A stretch of 61,504 bases of DNA, counting the filler, from Choristocarpus tenellus KU-1152 (Eukaryota; Protista; Phaeophyceae): NCBI GenBank assembly GCA_964200185.2. It is 7 parts of 7 records of this genome, joined end to end, with 100 filler letters (N's around TTAATTAATTAA, not from the genome) between each part and the next. Parts side by side here need not be neighbours in the genome. Positions count along the whole stretch, not along the records: positions 22,387 to 27,163 come from CAXNAD020013099.1; positions 27,264 to 31,716 come from CAXNAD020014481.1; positions 31,817 to 47,565 come from CAXNAD020000935.1; 4 more parts are not named here. One strand, 5' to 3'. The notes under the pieces were generated by a model that saw only the letters and a list, made by a program, of their open reading frames with translations, searched no databases and was not told the origin of the DNA. Below are positions 23,976 through 35,600 of this stretch, one piece after another; the stretch's first letter is position 1, and each line of letters begins with the position of its first letter. The position numbers and the translations under genes are program-made.

Positions 23976-25742
23976 TCTTTAACATTTAATGAATGACTTG
24001 GTTTTCAAAATCCATAATTCCATGCACGTTTGTGGGTGGTAGTATCATACTTGCTTGTGTTGTCACTTGATGTCACTTAAGAGCTACTACGCATTGTAAG
24101 GCAGAGGGATGCTAATGTTTAATGATCATTTTTCTTACGACTACATATCAGGAGTTGGGTGTCTGTAATCGCTTTGAAGACCACCTATTGATCCTTAGAA
24201 AGAAAATGTCAAAACAACATATTGTCGGGCAGTTATGAAAATTTTCGGTTCCAGACCGCTGTGGCTAGTGGAAGTTCCAGTCCAGACCGAAATCCGGTTC
24301 GTTATGTTTGTGTAGGGTCTCTTATCCTGTGGCACTGAGATTCGTGGAAGGTTCAAGGACTTAGATTATCATATTAACTATCCTGGACATGTATAAAACA
24401 GAAATACCCTACCATAGAGTACTATCAGTTCTTTTCGTCACAAAGACAATAATATTTTTGAAATCGGTGCTAAGATTAGCCTCTTTCCCTAAGAAAAAAA
24501 TCCAAATTGCTGGCCTCCTCTTCCAGACGGGCATTTGTATTGAAGTCCCGATCCAGATCAAGATCTGTATACTTTCGTGTAAGAAAGGTGCAGCCTGCAT
24601 CTTGACCCGATTGATTGTCTTTGTGAAAGGTCCAGTCCTGTGGTGCTGGGCCTGTGGTGCTGGGGTTTGTGAAAAGTTCAGTCTAGAAAGTGGACCATCT
24701 CGTGTTTGTGAGAGGTCTGGTCTCAGACCGCTATGATCTATGAAAAGTCTGACCGAGGTTCGTTCTGTTAAAGAAAGTTCAAGTCTCGGGCTGTCAACCA
24801 TTCCATTGCTCCGGTTCATGATCTGGTTAACTACCTGCCCCAAATAGAGTCCTGAGAAACCAGAGGGATCAATACAGTCTCTAGCTCAGATTAGGTTAGG
24901 TCTGTGACAAACATATTGCTGTCATTAGGAGCACTAAATTTACAAACTACTAAGGACGCAGCAGTGTGACGTTGATGTTACCCATCACTGCAATGGTATC
25001 AATAATAGCAGTGGATCCCACCGAGTGGACACCCTTTTCTTCAATGCACGACATTAATGCATGTTTAGAATTTATGGCATATCTTCAATATGTTTGATCC
25101 AGTTATGGAAGTTCATGTGCGTGAAACTAGGTTTTACCTAGTGCATACATCACTAATCAAAGGTAAGATGAACATTGAGATCGGTAGAGATGATGTTGAG
25201 GGAGATGTTGTTGTGGGAGGGGGACGATGGAGGAAAGAGGGAAGACATCAGTGATTTAGTGGATATCAAGTACTTCATATAATATTGTGAGTTGTGAACG
25301 TAGGAAGCGCAATACAGAGAGAATGATATTTTCCCTTTCAAGTGTGACAATTCTTGGTAATTTGACTTTCGGTCCGTTGAAGGGGTTAGGCTTCAATGAA
25401 GATTGTACTGTGCCGGTATGAATTTGCGACTCCGAACAAGACGATTCTCCTCAACCCATTATTTGGAGTGTTGCAAGGGGCTTGAGTTGGGGATTGAAGC
25501 TTCACGGAGAAGTAGGACGTAATAGTATTTGGGGGAATATTGCTGTCAAGATTGATTGAAAGCTTCACAGCTAGAAAATGCTGCCCACAAAATACTCGAG
25601 AAAAATCACTTTATTGTCACGGATGGTGGCGTACACTTTATGCATTGATAGGATTGTGGTTTCTGTTGATGTGGGTGTCCAAATTTCTCACACCATTGTT
25701 TTGTTTATGCGTTACTTGTCTTACATTTATGTGGTGCGTCAG

Positions 25743-26601
25743 ATCTCAGCCAGGTACATCAGAGATTGGTTGTCGCACTCCGAATCAGACACAGAGGAAA
25801 TTGAGGGAAAAGAAGCAAGTGAGTGCCTGTAATGAGAACATATAATTTGCCAAGACCTGAGGACAAGAACCACACACGCAATCTCCAAAATATTGTACCT
25901 CTGCAATAATATCATCATACAATATGTGGTGTACGGCACTCTTGGATTTTTTCTGTAGTCCAGTATGATATTTGTGTTATTGCAAGGCTGTTTTCCTTAC
26001 TTGATTTCATGTTGTTTTCATTCTCCAATATGCCACCTTTTGTCTGCAGATCTGAGACCCTTCAGATAAACAAGAAAGTACATTAATATATAGTATGATA
26101 TTTGTGTTATTGCAAGACTGTTTTCCTTACTTGATTTCATGTTGTTTTCATTGTCCAATAAGCCACCTTTTGTCTGCAGATCTGAGACCCTTCAGATAAA
26201 CAAGAAAGTCATGTATACAAGGCCTACGTTACCTCATCAATGCACAAGAGAAATATTGTTTGTCGAGGGTGTTAGCACAAGCCTATATACTATTTCGTCA
26301 GACAAGTCCACGCCTCAGCTCACACCTGTAAGTGTGTGGGGAAATCCCCCCTCTCTCTAAACCCCACTTTGCTCCACGTGCACACACATTTGCATCCTTT
26401 GCGTGTTCTATCTCTCCCAGTCTCGAGGGCTGCTGAGACCTTCCTTAACCCATTGTACTCCAGACTTGAGGAGCTAGCACTACCATCTGAGACCATCCCC
26501 AACACCATCGGGAGTGTAGAGGTTCTGGACTACACCCCAGAACATCTGAGGGGTCTATACAGGGTTGTTGATCCCCTGGCACCGGATTTCATGTCGTCAA
26601 A
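25743..26601 (+). other. Two phase-compatible exons of an unidentified gene or pseudogene (25743-25818, 26421-26601)
   Basis: cag acceptors with gtgagt/gtgagc donors. Spliced product ISARYIRDWLSHSESDTEEIEGKEA-I-SRAAETFLNPLYSRLEELALPSETIPN...; no family recognised. Confidence 0.35.
25962..26209. repeat. Tandem duplication, period 130 bp
   Basis: 25962-26079 is nearly identical to 26092-26209 (agtatgatatttgtgttattgcaag...cagataaacaagaaagt). Confidence 0.9.
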
Positions 26602-27107
26602 GTGAGCAAATGAACTCGTCCCTGATTTGACCTTGATTAATATCAAATCACGATTGTTTGGTTAGAGAGATGGTTGAGTGCTAACTCTAGTGTAGCAGGA
26701 GAGGTACAATGAAAGTGCAAGCCTTCTTCCAAAAGCAGTTTTGATGCGTACCTGGAGTTTTTGACATTTTTGGCAAGAGGGTATTGTCCTGATGCAAACT
26801 ACTCTTATATGTCGTGTTTATCATCCTAGCGCACAGATGACAAGACCATGGTCTAGGGGAAGGCTGCCAAAGCCAGCAGTTTGCCTCACTCACAATTCTT
26901 CATTCGTGCAACAATGTTTGGATCGAACACTGTAGAGCTACGTAATCCAAATCCACCATAGAAAATTCTGGTTGAAGAGCGAAAGTATACGAGAGGTATC
27001 CAGGATTGCATTTTAAGGTTGCTGACAAATGTAGAAAATTCTGCTTCTTGCACAGATGAATATAGAAACATCTCTGAAGCATGTTGAAACAATTCGAATA
27101 GAGAAAT

Positions 27108-27163
27108 GGCTCAAAGTATCTTGGGGGGGGGGGGGGGGGGGTCTACACGGGGGGGGCCATTTG
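27108..27163. mobile_element. MITE family B, left end, truncated by the gap
   Basis: GGCTCAAAGTATCTT-G(n)-TCTACAC. Confidence 0.8.
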
Positions 27164-28396
27164 NNNNNNNNNNNNNNNNNNNNNNNNNNNNNNNNNNNNN
27201 NNNNNNNTTAATTAATTAANNNNNNNNNNNNNNNNNNNNNNNNNNNNNNNNNNNNNNNNNNNNCCCCTGCCACGCACATGCAGTCGCTTTTTTAAGTACA
27301 ACAAGCCGCTGAGCGTGTCGGGGAGATAGATGATGAAATATCACACAAAATAAAAGAAATTACATCGATGTACGGCGTCTTGGGGGACTCCGCTGCTACG
27401 ACAACACGACAACACTGCTCACAAGTACTAGCAGCTAACACTTCAAAATGCTACTAGCATCAGATATTTTGGCAATTGAAGCATACTTTTGGATCCATAA
27501 TTCGTTTGTACATAATATATATATTATGAAGGACCACCAACCCGTATTGAACGAAGCTCAAAATCATGAATGGAAACAAAGGACTACGACTGCCATGCAA
27601 CCAAAACCCCCTTCTACTATGTATTGCAACAACAACATGCGGCTTGGAACACTCTGAAAACATCGTCATGGATTAAACTAAACATATGTTGTTGCCGCCA
27701 TCACCCGCAGCAGTTATTACTATCCGCCACAACAAATATGCGTACTCGGCTCTCAATACACACAGCTCATTCTCCAAGAGGCCTACGAGGTATACTTTAC
27801 TTATACGAATATCTGCCATATGCTTGCGAATCCGGTGTCTCTACATTTCTCTAGCACCGCGACGGGGCCGAAAGTGTGTAGCGGTAAACCTAACCCACGT
27901 GTTTGGCTCCAGCGTTTGCGTTGGAGCCAAAGGTCTCTTCCGTGCCGCCGTACTGCTCCATCCTGTATCTGCTTCAAGGACTGGTCCTTCCACGGCCGTC
28001 TAGGGCACCCCCGTACATGCACCTGCACTGGCAGACGCCCCCGTCCCCTCCCCCGTACCGAGGTTCTCCTTATCTTCATCGTCCTCGTCATCCTCGTCCT
28101 CCTTCTGCTGCTCCTTGTCCTCCTCCTCCTCTTCATACTCCTCCTCATCCTCCTCCTTGTCATTGTCGGTGTTGTCCTCCTTTTCGTCCCCATTCTCCCT
28201 CCCCCTCTCCTCTCCTCGTCCCTTGAATTTAGTCTTCCGTCCTTCTCCCACAAAACCCCCCCTTTCCCTCGCCTTGATAGCAGACCGTAGAATTGTCAAG
28301 ACCTTGGTAGGAATCTTTTTGCCGTTCCCAACAAGTTTCTCGCACGTCGAAACAGTACCGGGTACAAATAAAACTGTGTACATACATCAAACCCAC

Positions 28397-28872
28397 CTCT
28401 CCACACTGGAGGATGCTCTTGTGTTAGGTATACCTTTGCAAGCGTCGATGACATGACTTGATATTCCGAACAATGCCTTGAAAAACTGCTTACAAACAGG
28501 AATGCCGGCCGCGAGCATAGATCCACCTCCAGGTCCGAACTTAATGACAGGTACACGGTCACCAACGAAGTGCTTGCAATTGCGGCGGTTCTCAAACGTC
28601 CGGATGATGTCCTGCTCTTTGGCCAACGCGCGGACAAGGAAGGACTCGCTATCTGCTGCGAACTTCTTCACACAGGCTAAGCACTTGCAGCAGTCACCCG
28701 GTTCGTTGACCGGGATGGATTGAGCCCATTCTCGGCGAAGCTTGGCGCCGGTCACTGAAGCCTCATTGGTAGAAAGCTCCAGTGCATCATTGTTGGTGGG
28801 CTGATGAGGGGGCAACACAGGGGGTGACGCAGGCGACAAAAGCCATCCCCTTGCTGTGGGAGCAACTGTCAT
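28397..28872 (-). mobile_element. Sola-like (DUF7869-type) transposase N-terminal exon; catalytic domain not seen
   Basis: CCKCLAC...VCKQFFKALFGIS matches the Cys-rich plus VCKxFFxxxxGIS motif I recognise from the N-terminal region of Sola-type transposases. Ends at a gtgggt donor (28396). Confidence 0.55.
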
Positions 28873-28959
28873 GGTGTTTTCGGGCAACAGGCGGTCTTGG
28901 GCAGTGAGAAGGTCTAGGAGTGAATTGAATTCGAAGCCGAGCGTACGATGTTTGAGTTT

Positions 28960-30050
28960 GAAGAGCCCGTCGGATCAAAATAAAATCCGGATTCTGGAAA
29001 ACGCGTTTATTCTCACTGTGATGAAATAAAAACTAGATTCTAATCTGGTCTCAGGCAACAGTCGGTCTTGGGCACGATAGAATTGAATTCGAAGCCGGGC
29101 GTATGAACGATGTTTGAGCTTCGGGCGATCCGTCGGACCACCGTGAGATCTATGATCTGGAAAATATGTGCATTATGGTTTTTAGAAATTAAAAATTCGA
29201 TTATATTCGTAATTTCAATTTTTTTTAAATACAAAGCACATACTTAATTGATCTTGTACGTTTCCAATGTTCCAAAACCAAAAGGTAAAAAAAACCTAAC
29301 ACCCTCTAATTGTTTTAAGTACAAAATCTAATATTGTTCGACATTTGTATTATATAAAATACAAATGTCTACAAAAAACGGCTCTTGAGTTTCGGGCAAT
29401 CCGTCGGACCACCCGAAACTCTTGAACCGCAAAGCACGTGCATTAGGGTTTTTACAAATTGTAAATCTGATTATATCCGTACTTACAATTTTGAAAAATA
29501 CAAAGCACATACTTTATTGGTCTTACACGTTTCCAATGTTCCAAAACTAAAAGGTCACTTTAAACTGGTACCCTATAATTTTTTTAAATATAAAAAGCGG
29601 TTTTTGAGTTTCGGGCGATCCGTCGGACCACCCGAAATCCTTGAACCGCAAAATCAGTGTAAGTATCTTAGAGGTTAGGGCCGCGTCCATTTGGGGGTCA
29701 AAATCCAATGTTGTGATTTTAATGTAATTTTGGCTATCGGGCTTGTTAGTAAGTGTCAATATCCTTGTTCTGGATACACCTTTTCATAACGTATGCATTT
29801 TACCTACTCCGAAATTATTTGGAGTGGGAAAATGTCAACAAAAAACGAGGGAAGTCAAGCCCCAAATGGACAAACAGGGCAAAACTCGTACCCTCTAAGA
29901 TACTTTCACTCAATACATGAATTATTTGTTCTTATGAAATAAAAAGAATATTCTGTTCTTAATATCAACAAATACAAATACAAACCACATACTTCGCTGA
30001 TCTCATACATTTGAAATGTTCCGAAACGAAAAGGTCACAAAAAACTGATA
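28960..30050. repeat. Degenerate ~220-270-bp tandem units carrying palindromes, between the Sola-like and ParB-like ORFs
   Basis: The motif caaa(g/c)cacatact..t(cc/ga)aatgttcc(a/g)aaac.aaaaggt recurs at ~29232, ~29501 and ~29981. CCGTCGGA recurs at 28967, 29130, 29401 and 29620. Confidence 0.75.
29655..29911. mobile_element. MITE family A
   Basis: CAGTGTAAGTATCTTAGAGG...CCTCTAAGATACTTTCACTC; TSD aat/aat. Confidence 0.9.
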
Positions 30051-30276
30051 CTCTCTATCTGTCTTAAATATGAAATCGTTTACTGTTCGATGTTCATATT
30101 TTTTAGAACACATTTATCAATGGAAAGAGAAATGTGGGTTCTTTGGGCACCGACCAACCAGATGAAATAAAGCAGCACCTCCCAGCCCTCACTCCTCATT
30201 TCCATTCCTTCCCTTCCGCATATACCACCAGCAGCTCTTTCTTATCTATCCCCGTCACACCTTCCCAATCTTCGCA

Positions 30277-31086
30277 ATGTCCAACATTCGCCAACAACGA
30301 CCCCCCTGCGCGCCGATGGCACTGCCCACAGATCGAGAGCGTCGGACAGCAATGCCAAGGGCATGTCCTCACTCCTCGAACATCACTACCTCGGCATGTA
30401 TAAGATAAAACTCGGCAACACCACATGCACGGAGATGGTGCGTCCCCTGAGCGAGCGTGGCCTTGCCCGCGTCAGCAAGTCCATCCTTGAAAAAGGCTGG
30501 CTCGAGCAGTTTGCTCCGTCTGTCATCATCCAACGAGATTGCTTAGGCAATGGGGACTAGCTCACCGCCGACACCACACTTGCCGTTCAAGGACGAACAC
30601 TGGACGGATACCATAGAATAACGGTGTTGAAGAGAGAGTTTGATCACGAACGCACTTTCATGATGCGGGTCTACATGGAGTTCAACCAAGCAGAAGAGAG
30701 GCTAATTGCCAACGGTGGGTGATAGAGTGTTTTCGTTGTTCCATGATCGCCTGATGACTCTTCTGATCTACCAAGTTGTTGCCATGGTTGCTTTGTTTGG
30801 TTCATCGTCAGTCATCCCGTTGTTGATCTTTTCGTTGTTGATATTTTTTATCCCTCGTGGTCTTTCTGTCAGCAGCAACATGTTGCTCACTACTGCCTGC
30901 TGCGTGTGTGTCCCGTGACCGCTTCCTACCTACCCCTTGCCCCGTTCGCCCACTGCACTGCCACGCTTAAAGCATTCAATGACGCGACCGAGAATGTGGT
31001 TGAGCGCACGCTGTACGATAAGGTATATTTTCAGCACGAAGAAAAAAGAAGTGTCACTAGCAGAGATCCGCAAAATTTACAAAAAG
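30277..31086 (+). pseudogene. ParB/Sulfiredoxin-like gene, copy 2 (exons 30277-30714 and 30973-31086), disrupted
   Basis: Colinear with copy 1. Premature TAG at 30558-30560 (CAG in copy 1), a 5' frameshift, and the motif LDGYHR. A phase-1 intron (30715-30972) joins to ...EERLIAN-A-FNDATENVVERTLYDKVYF. Next donor gtgagg at 31087. Confidence 0.65.
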
Positions 31087-31816
31087 GTGAGGGAGTTGTC
31101 AACGTTGGTGGGATGGTGGCGCTCTACTCCTCCTCTTGTTGGGTTACAGCTGTTGTGAAGATCTCTCTGTGTCCTTCTATTCAACCTAAGTTGAGATTGT
31201 TAACCCTGTCAACAAATGCTTGATTTTCGGGTGACCATGTAGTATGTGTGTGTGCAAAATCACAGACAAAGTGAACAGTTTTTTCTTTCAGCACTAGGTA
31301 GGTCAGGCAGCTGAGTATCATACATACCCCCTCCCCCCCCCCCCCCCCCCCCCTCCCCCCCCCCCCCCTTACCCTCCCCCTGCTGCGCTACGTCNNNNNN
31401 NNNNCCAGGTTTTGGGGGGACGGGTGTTCAAACGTGTGCTCTTCCGTTCCCCCCCCCCCCCCCCCCCTCCCCCGGGTAAGGTCCACTCCTTACCCGGACC
31501 GTTGCAGTGTTGCCTGAATTAATAAACACAAAATGCGTCATTTTGTGAACCAAACCCTCTCCTTCGTGGGCAACCACATACTGTGTCCGTGTTGTATACA
31601 CACGAATAATAAAAAGCGTTCTTGTTGTTTTATCGTTAGGCCAGGCCGCTGAATAACACCCCCCCCCCCCCCCCCCCCTACCCCCCTACCCTCGTCATAA
31701 CGACGCCCCCTCCTCCNNNNNNNNNNNNNNNNNNNNNNNNNNNNNNNNNNNNNNNNNNNNTTAATTAATTAANNNNNNNNNNNNNNNNNNNNNNNNNNNN
31801 NNNNNNNNNNNNNNNN

Positions 31817-31957
31817 TTTTCCTGGGTATGGCCCAGGGGGAGTCCCTGGTGTAGACCCCCCCCCCCCAGATACTTCAGGTCAATTTACATCAAAATTGCA
31901 ACATTGGACTTTGGCCCCCAAAAGAACGCGGTTCTACCCTCTAAGATACTTTAACTC
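31817..31957. mobile_element. Family-B MITE end (to 31881) nested in a family-A MITE end (to 31957)
   Basis: GGTGTAGAC-C(n)-AGATACTTCAGGTC is followed directly by family-A internal sequence and the TIR CCCTCTAAGATACTTTAACTC. Confidence 0.7.
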
Positions 31958-32592
31958 TCTGGGTCATTGGGGGGGAGTCCCCAGACCTCTCTTTTTGCCC
32001 CAAATTGCAAGAGATCATTCTGAGCATGATAGTACCTTTTCATGCTGTGGGATTGAAGCCTATCATCACCTGGACAGACTTGCTTTGCGGCAGATGATAG
32101 CTATAAATGACATGCTATATTGTGCCTCAGCTCCATTATTGCTGACTTGTAATATTCTTCACCTCTCCTCTGTCCAGGGTGTGTGATCAACTTTTGTTCC
32201 GGAGTACCCTGTGACTCTGTTGCATTGCTGTAGGCATAAGTAGTCAAAGTGCTGAGAAGAAGTTGTGTTCTAGAAGGAGAGTACTCTTGCCTTTTGTTGT
32301 CGAAATTGCCAGTAATCAGGTACATAAATGGTGCCTATGTGAAGGTGGCTGTGTCCAAGGCACACCACATTATAGGTAGAAGGGTCACTAACGTGCAGTG
32401 GTATATTGTTAATAGGTGTGAGCTTCAATATACCACTTCCTGCATGTGACGAATCTCCTGCTTAATGTACACAGTCAAGCATTTTTGATGGAATATCCAG
32501 AGCACATGAACTGAAGTGCATTATAGAAACAGAGAAACTTGTGCTGCTGTGCTACCTTCTCACATTCTGATTTTCATTCTTGCTAGACCTCT

Positions 32593-32596
<4 letters not shown>

Positions 32597-32627
<31 letters not shown>
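32597..32627. repeat. (CA)n microsatellite
   Basis: Direct reading of the sequence. Confidence 0.9.
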
Positions 32628-32629
<2 letters not shown>

Positions 32630-32685
32630 GCTGGGAACCCTTGTGGCATTCTGACTTGGGTCTTTGTATTCTTTTTGGTTGTCAG

Positions 32686-35600
32686 TGAGATAGAGAGGCT
32701 GGAGCTAATGATTACTGACACGAAAAACGACATTGAGAAATATAAGGGACAAGGAGTCAGCACGGACACACAGAGAAAGAAGGTCCTTAGAAGTCTTGAG
32801 GAGCAGCTTGCTATCACGGAGGTAAGGAGCAAAAGTGATTCGGAGAGGTAGGTAGGTTTCAGCCCTTCTGCATTTCAAGCCGTGTTTCTTACCCTGTTCA
32901 ATGCACCCTATTTCAGTATGTCATATACACAATAGTGTCCGCAAGATTGATATTCCCCCTTTCCACAAGCAAAATGATGCAACAATTCAGCAAAGGGCCT
33001 TTCTGCAATTGCACAAAAGGCATGCTTTGGTCAATTCTAGGGATCCTTAAGATGCATCCTTGCCTACTGCCTCTCAATTACATTGGGGCGCTCATGCTGT
33101 TACCACTTCTGTAGACAAATATTGCATGCTGATGTTGGGAATTCGACAAGTCTTTACTGCCAAACACTTTCGTGGGTTGGCTAAGACTTCCAGGACTGAC
33201 TCAAGCTTGAATGTTTTCGAGGATGAAAGACTGATAGATAGGGTAGACATGCTTGTCGATTTGACTTTGGGACAAGGAGTAAAGTAGGCATTGAGACTAC
33301 TAGTAGCATAGGGTTTAGGGGCATAGCGGATTGGATGCTTGTACTATTACTGGGATTATTGCTCCTACTGACACCTCCTCACTTGCAGCTTTTTCCTTGT
33401 TCTGTTGAATTACTACATTTGGTTCAGGGTAAGGCTGATGACTATGAAGCGCGTTACCAGACAACTATGAAAACAATCAACCAGCTCAAGGCTGGCATAC
33501 ACAGCATCTTCAGCAGAATAGGGTACGCTATTTATGAGGGCATTTCCATGCATATATCATTCGGTGCTTTCTTTTTATGTGTGCAGTCGTAAGCACTTGA
33601 GGGGCTGGTGCTCTTAACACATCAGGCGTGAACAAAATATTGTGCCTTCTTTTGTGAGTTGACCACATGCAGAGGTGTGAGTCTACATGTGCTACATCTT
33701 GATTTTACTCACTCAAAGTACAATTGGCAGACCAAGAAGGTTGAGATATGGGAGTCCTTATGTCGCTTCTCTCTGCAACTCCAATATATCCACCCCTAAA
33801 CATTTATTACTCTCTTCCAAGCGTGCCTTCCTAAAACATTAGAGAAATCGAAACTCTGTCACTAGCTGTAATTCTTCACCCTCAAGTAAAATTTATTTAT
33901 ATGTGTCTCAGGATAGTTGTTGCAATGAAGATAAGGCTTGCAAGTGGTTAGTTACAATTCAAATCAAGATATGCTGAGTCCAGTCAGCAACCTTGTGCCT
34001 TCAGCATTTGAACCGAAATTAGGTTGGACAGGCATATAGAGGGGAATTTCTGGTACTTGTCGCTGATGCATTGTTTATATGTTGTTACTTGTGTTGTCAT
34101 TGTTACTGCCATTATATTACTTTATTTTCATGATTGTAATATTACAATGTATAATATATATTTTTGCATAAACAAGTACTCTGGAGTATACTTTCATTTT
34201 ATATATCGATAGTGGTGTGGAGAGACAACTGGGAGGTGGGCAGTAGGTATCCAGGGAATCGTGGGGCATGCTGTAGTTGGCAAGGTTGGATGGATGGATG
34301 GAATGGTCGTGTGACAAGATCTATGTTTGGAGACAACCTTCACCAGCAGGTCTTTGGTTGGGGGAATGAGTTCTCAGTAATTGGTTCTACTGCAGGCTGT
34401 CATGCGCATAAACAACACCCTTGTCCTGAAGTTAAAAGTAATGACATTCAGAACACAGTTCGTATCAAGAACTGGTGCATTTTGTCTGGGTTTATATCCA
34501 ATGGTGGCAGAATAAAATAAGACGATTTAATCTTTGGACGTTTTGAGGGGGCTCATAACTGTTCTAGTTTTCGCGTTTTGGAAGTTGTTGTAATGAAGCA
34601 TGTAAGAACGTCAGCTTCTATTCAAGATAAAAATATGAATACTGCCATGTATAGTTTTGCGTATGTACATGTATAGATCGTGCCCTAGATGCTTTGTATG
34701 CCAGGCAGTCCTTTGGTTGGCAGGGATTCAGAGGGGACAGACAGGGACTGCATACAGTCAAATCCATTTTTCTCAATGCCACCATGAACCCATGCTTGGT
34801 GGGTTGTATCTTTGAAATACTTCTACTCGACCTGTTTCCATCGAAAAATGGGATGATTGCCACCTTGTAAGATCATTGATTTTTTGAAGGTGTTCTTCAA
34901 ATAAGCTAAGAATGATAACTCTGTACTTGACAGGTTTTTATTGCTATTAACCCAGAGTACCAGTATAATTTTTCAGAGCGGTGCTGATATATTAAGGGTA
35001 CTATTTGACAAGTGGTGGACTTGGAACCCCTCTTAAGTTTGCACTGACTAGAGAACTCGTTTCACTTGCTACAGTACAATAGGCAAGGACTAGGACCCTT
35101 GGTACCTAACGTATCCAATAACCTATAGTATCCTAGAGTGGCCGTCACATGTCCATTTGGGGCCTGTGCGACCCTGTAGTTATATTCATATCATTTGAGC
35201 GAACACCTCAGGTTAAAGGACAATTTTCTTTATCTGAATGTACCTTCCTTTTCCACCCCCTGCCTGGACGAAATGTGGAGGAAAATCACCTACAAAACAG
35301 GCATCAAACTGGGTTGGATACTCCATAAAGCCCTGAATGGACAACCTGACCTTAACACATACCCCTCTAGGGTACTATGAACCAACAATGTTTGCTATGC
35401 ACACCAACAAAAACTCATTGAACGGTCCCATTACATTGCAAAGGGCCGGGAGCAACTCTTCCGTGGAAGAAATGCTAGGAAATCAGGGTGTCACTGAGTC
35501 GAACATGATGCAGTACTTGGGTATTATTGAGCAGCGCACTAGCGAAATTCTGCAAGCATATGCCACCTCGCAGCAGATGACTCAGGCAACAGACATTCAG

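Noticed and set aside
27820-28456. Plus-strand poly-Leu, poly-Ser and Pro/His ORFs as membrane or extensin-like proteins
   Set aside because: They are antisense shadows of the purine-rich low-complexity tract.
31320-31716. Long poly-C tracts as a functional element or transposon terminus
   Set aside because: Adjacent to Ns at a contig end; sequence quality is doubtful and no matching inverted end was found.
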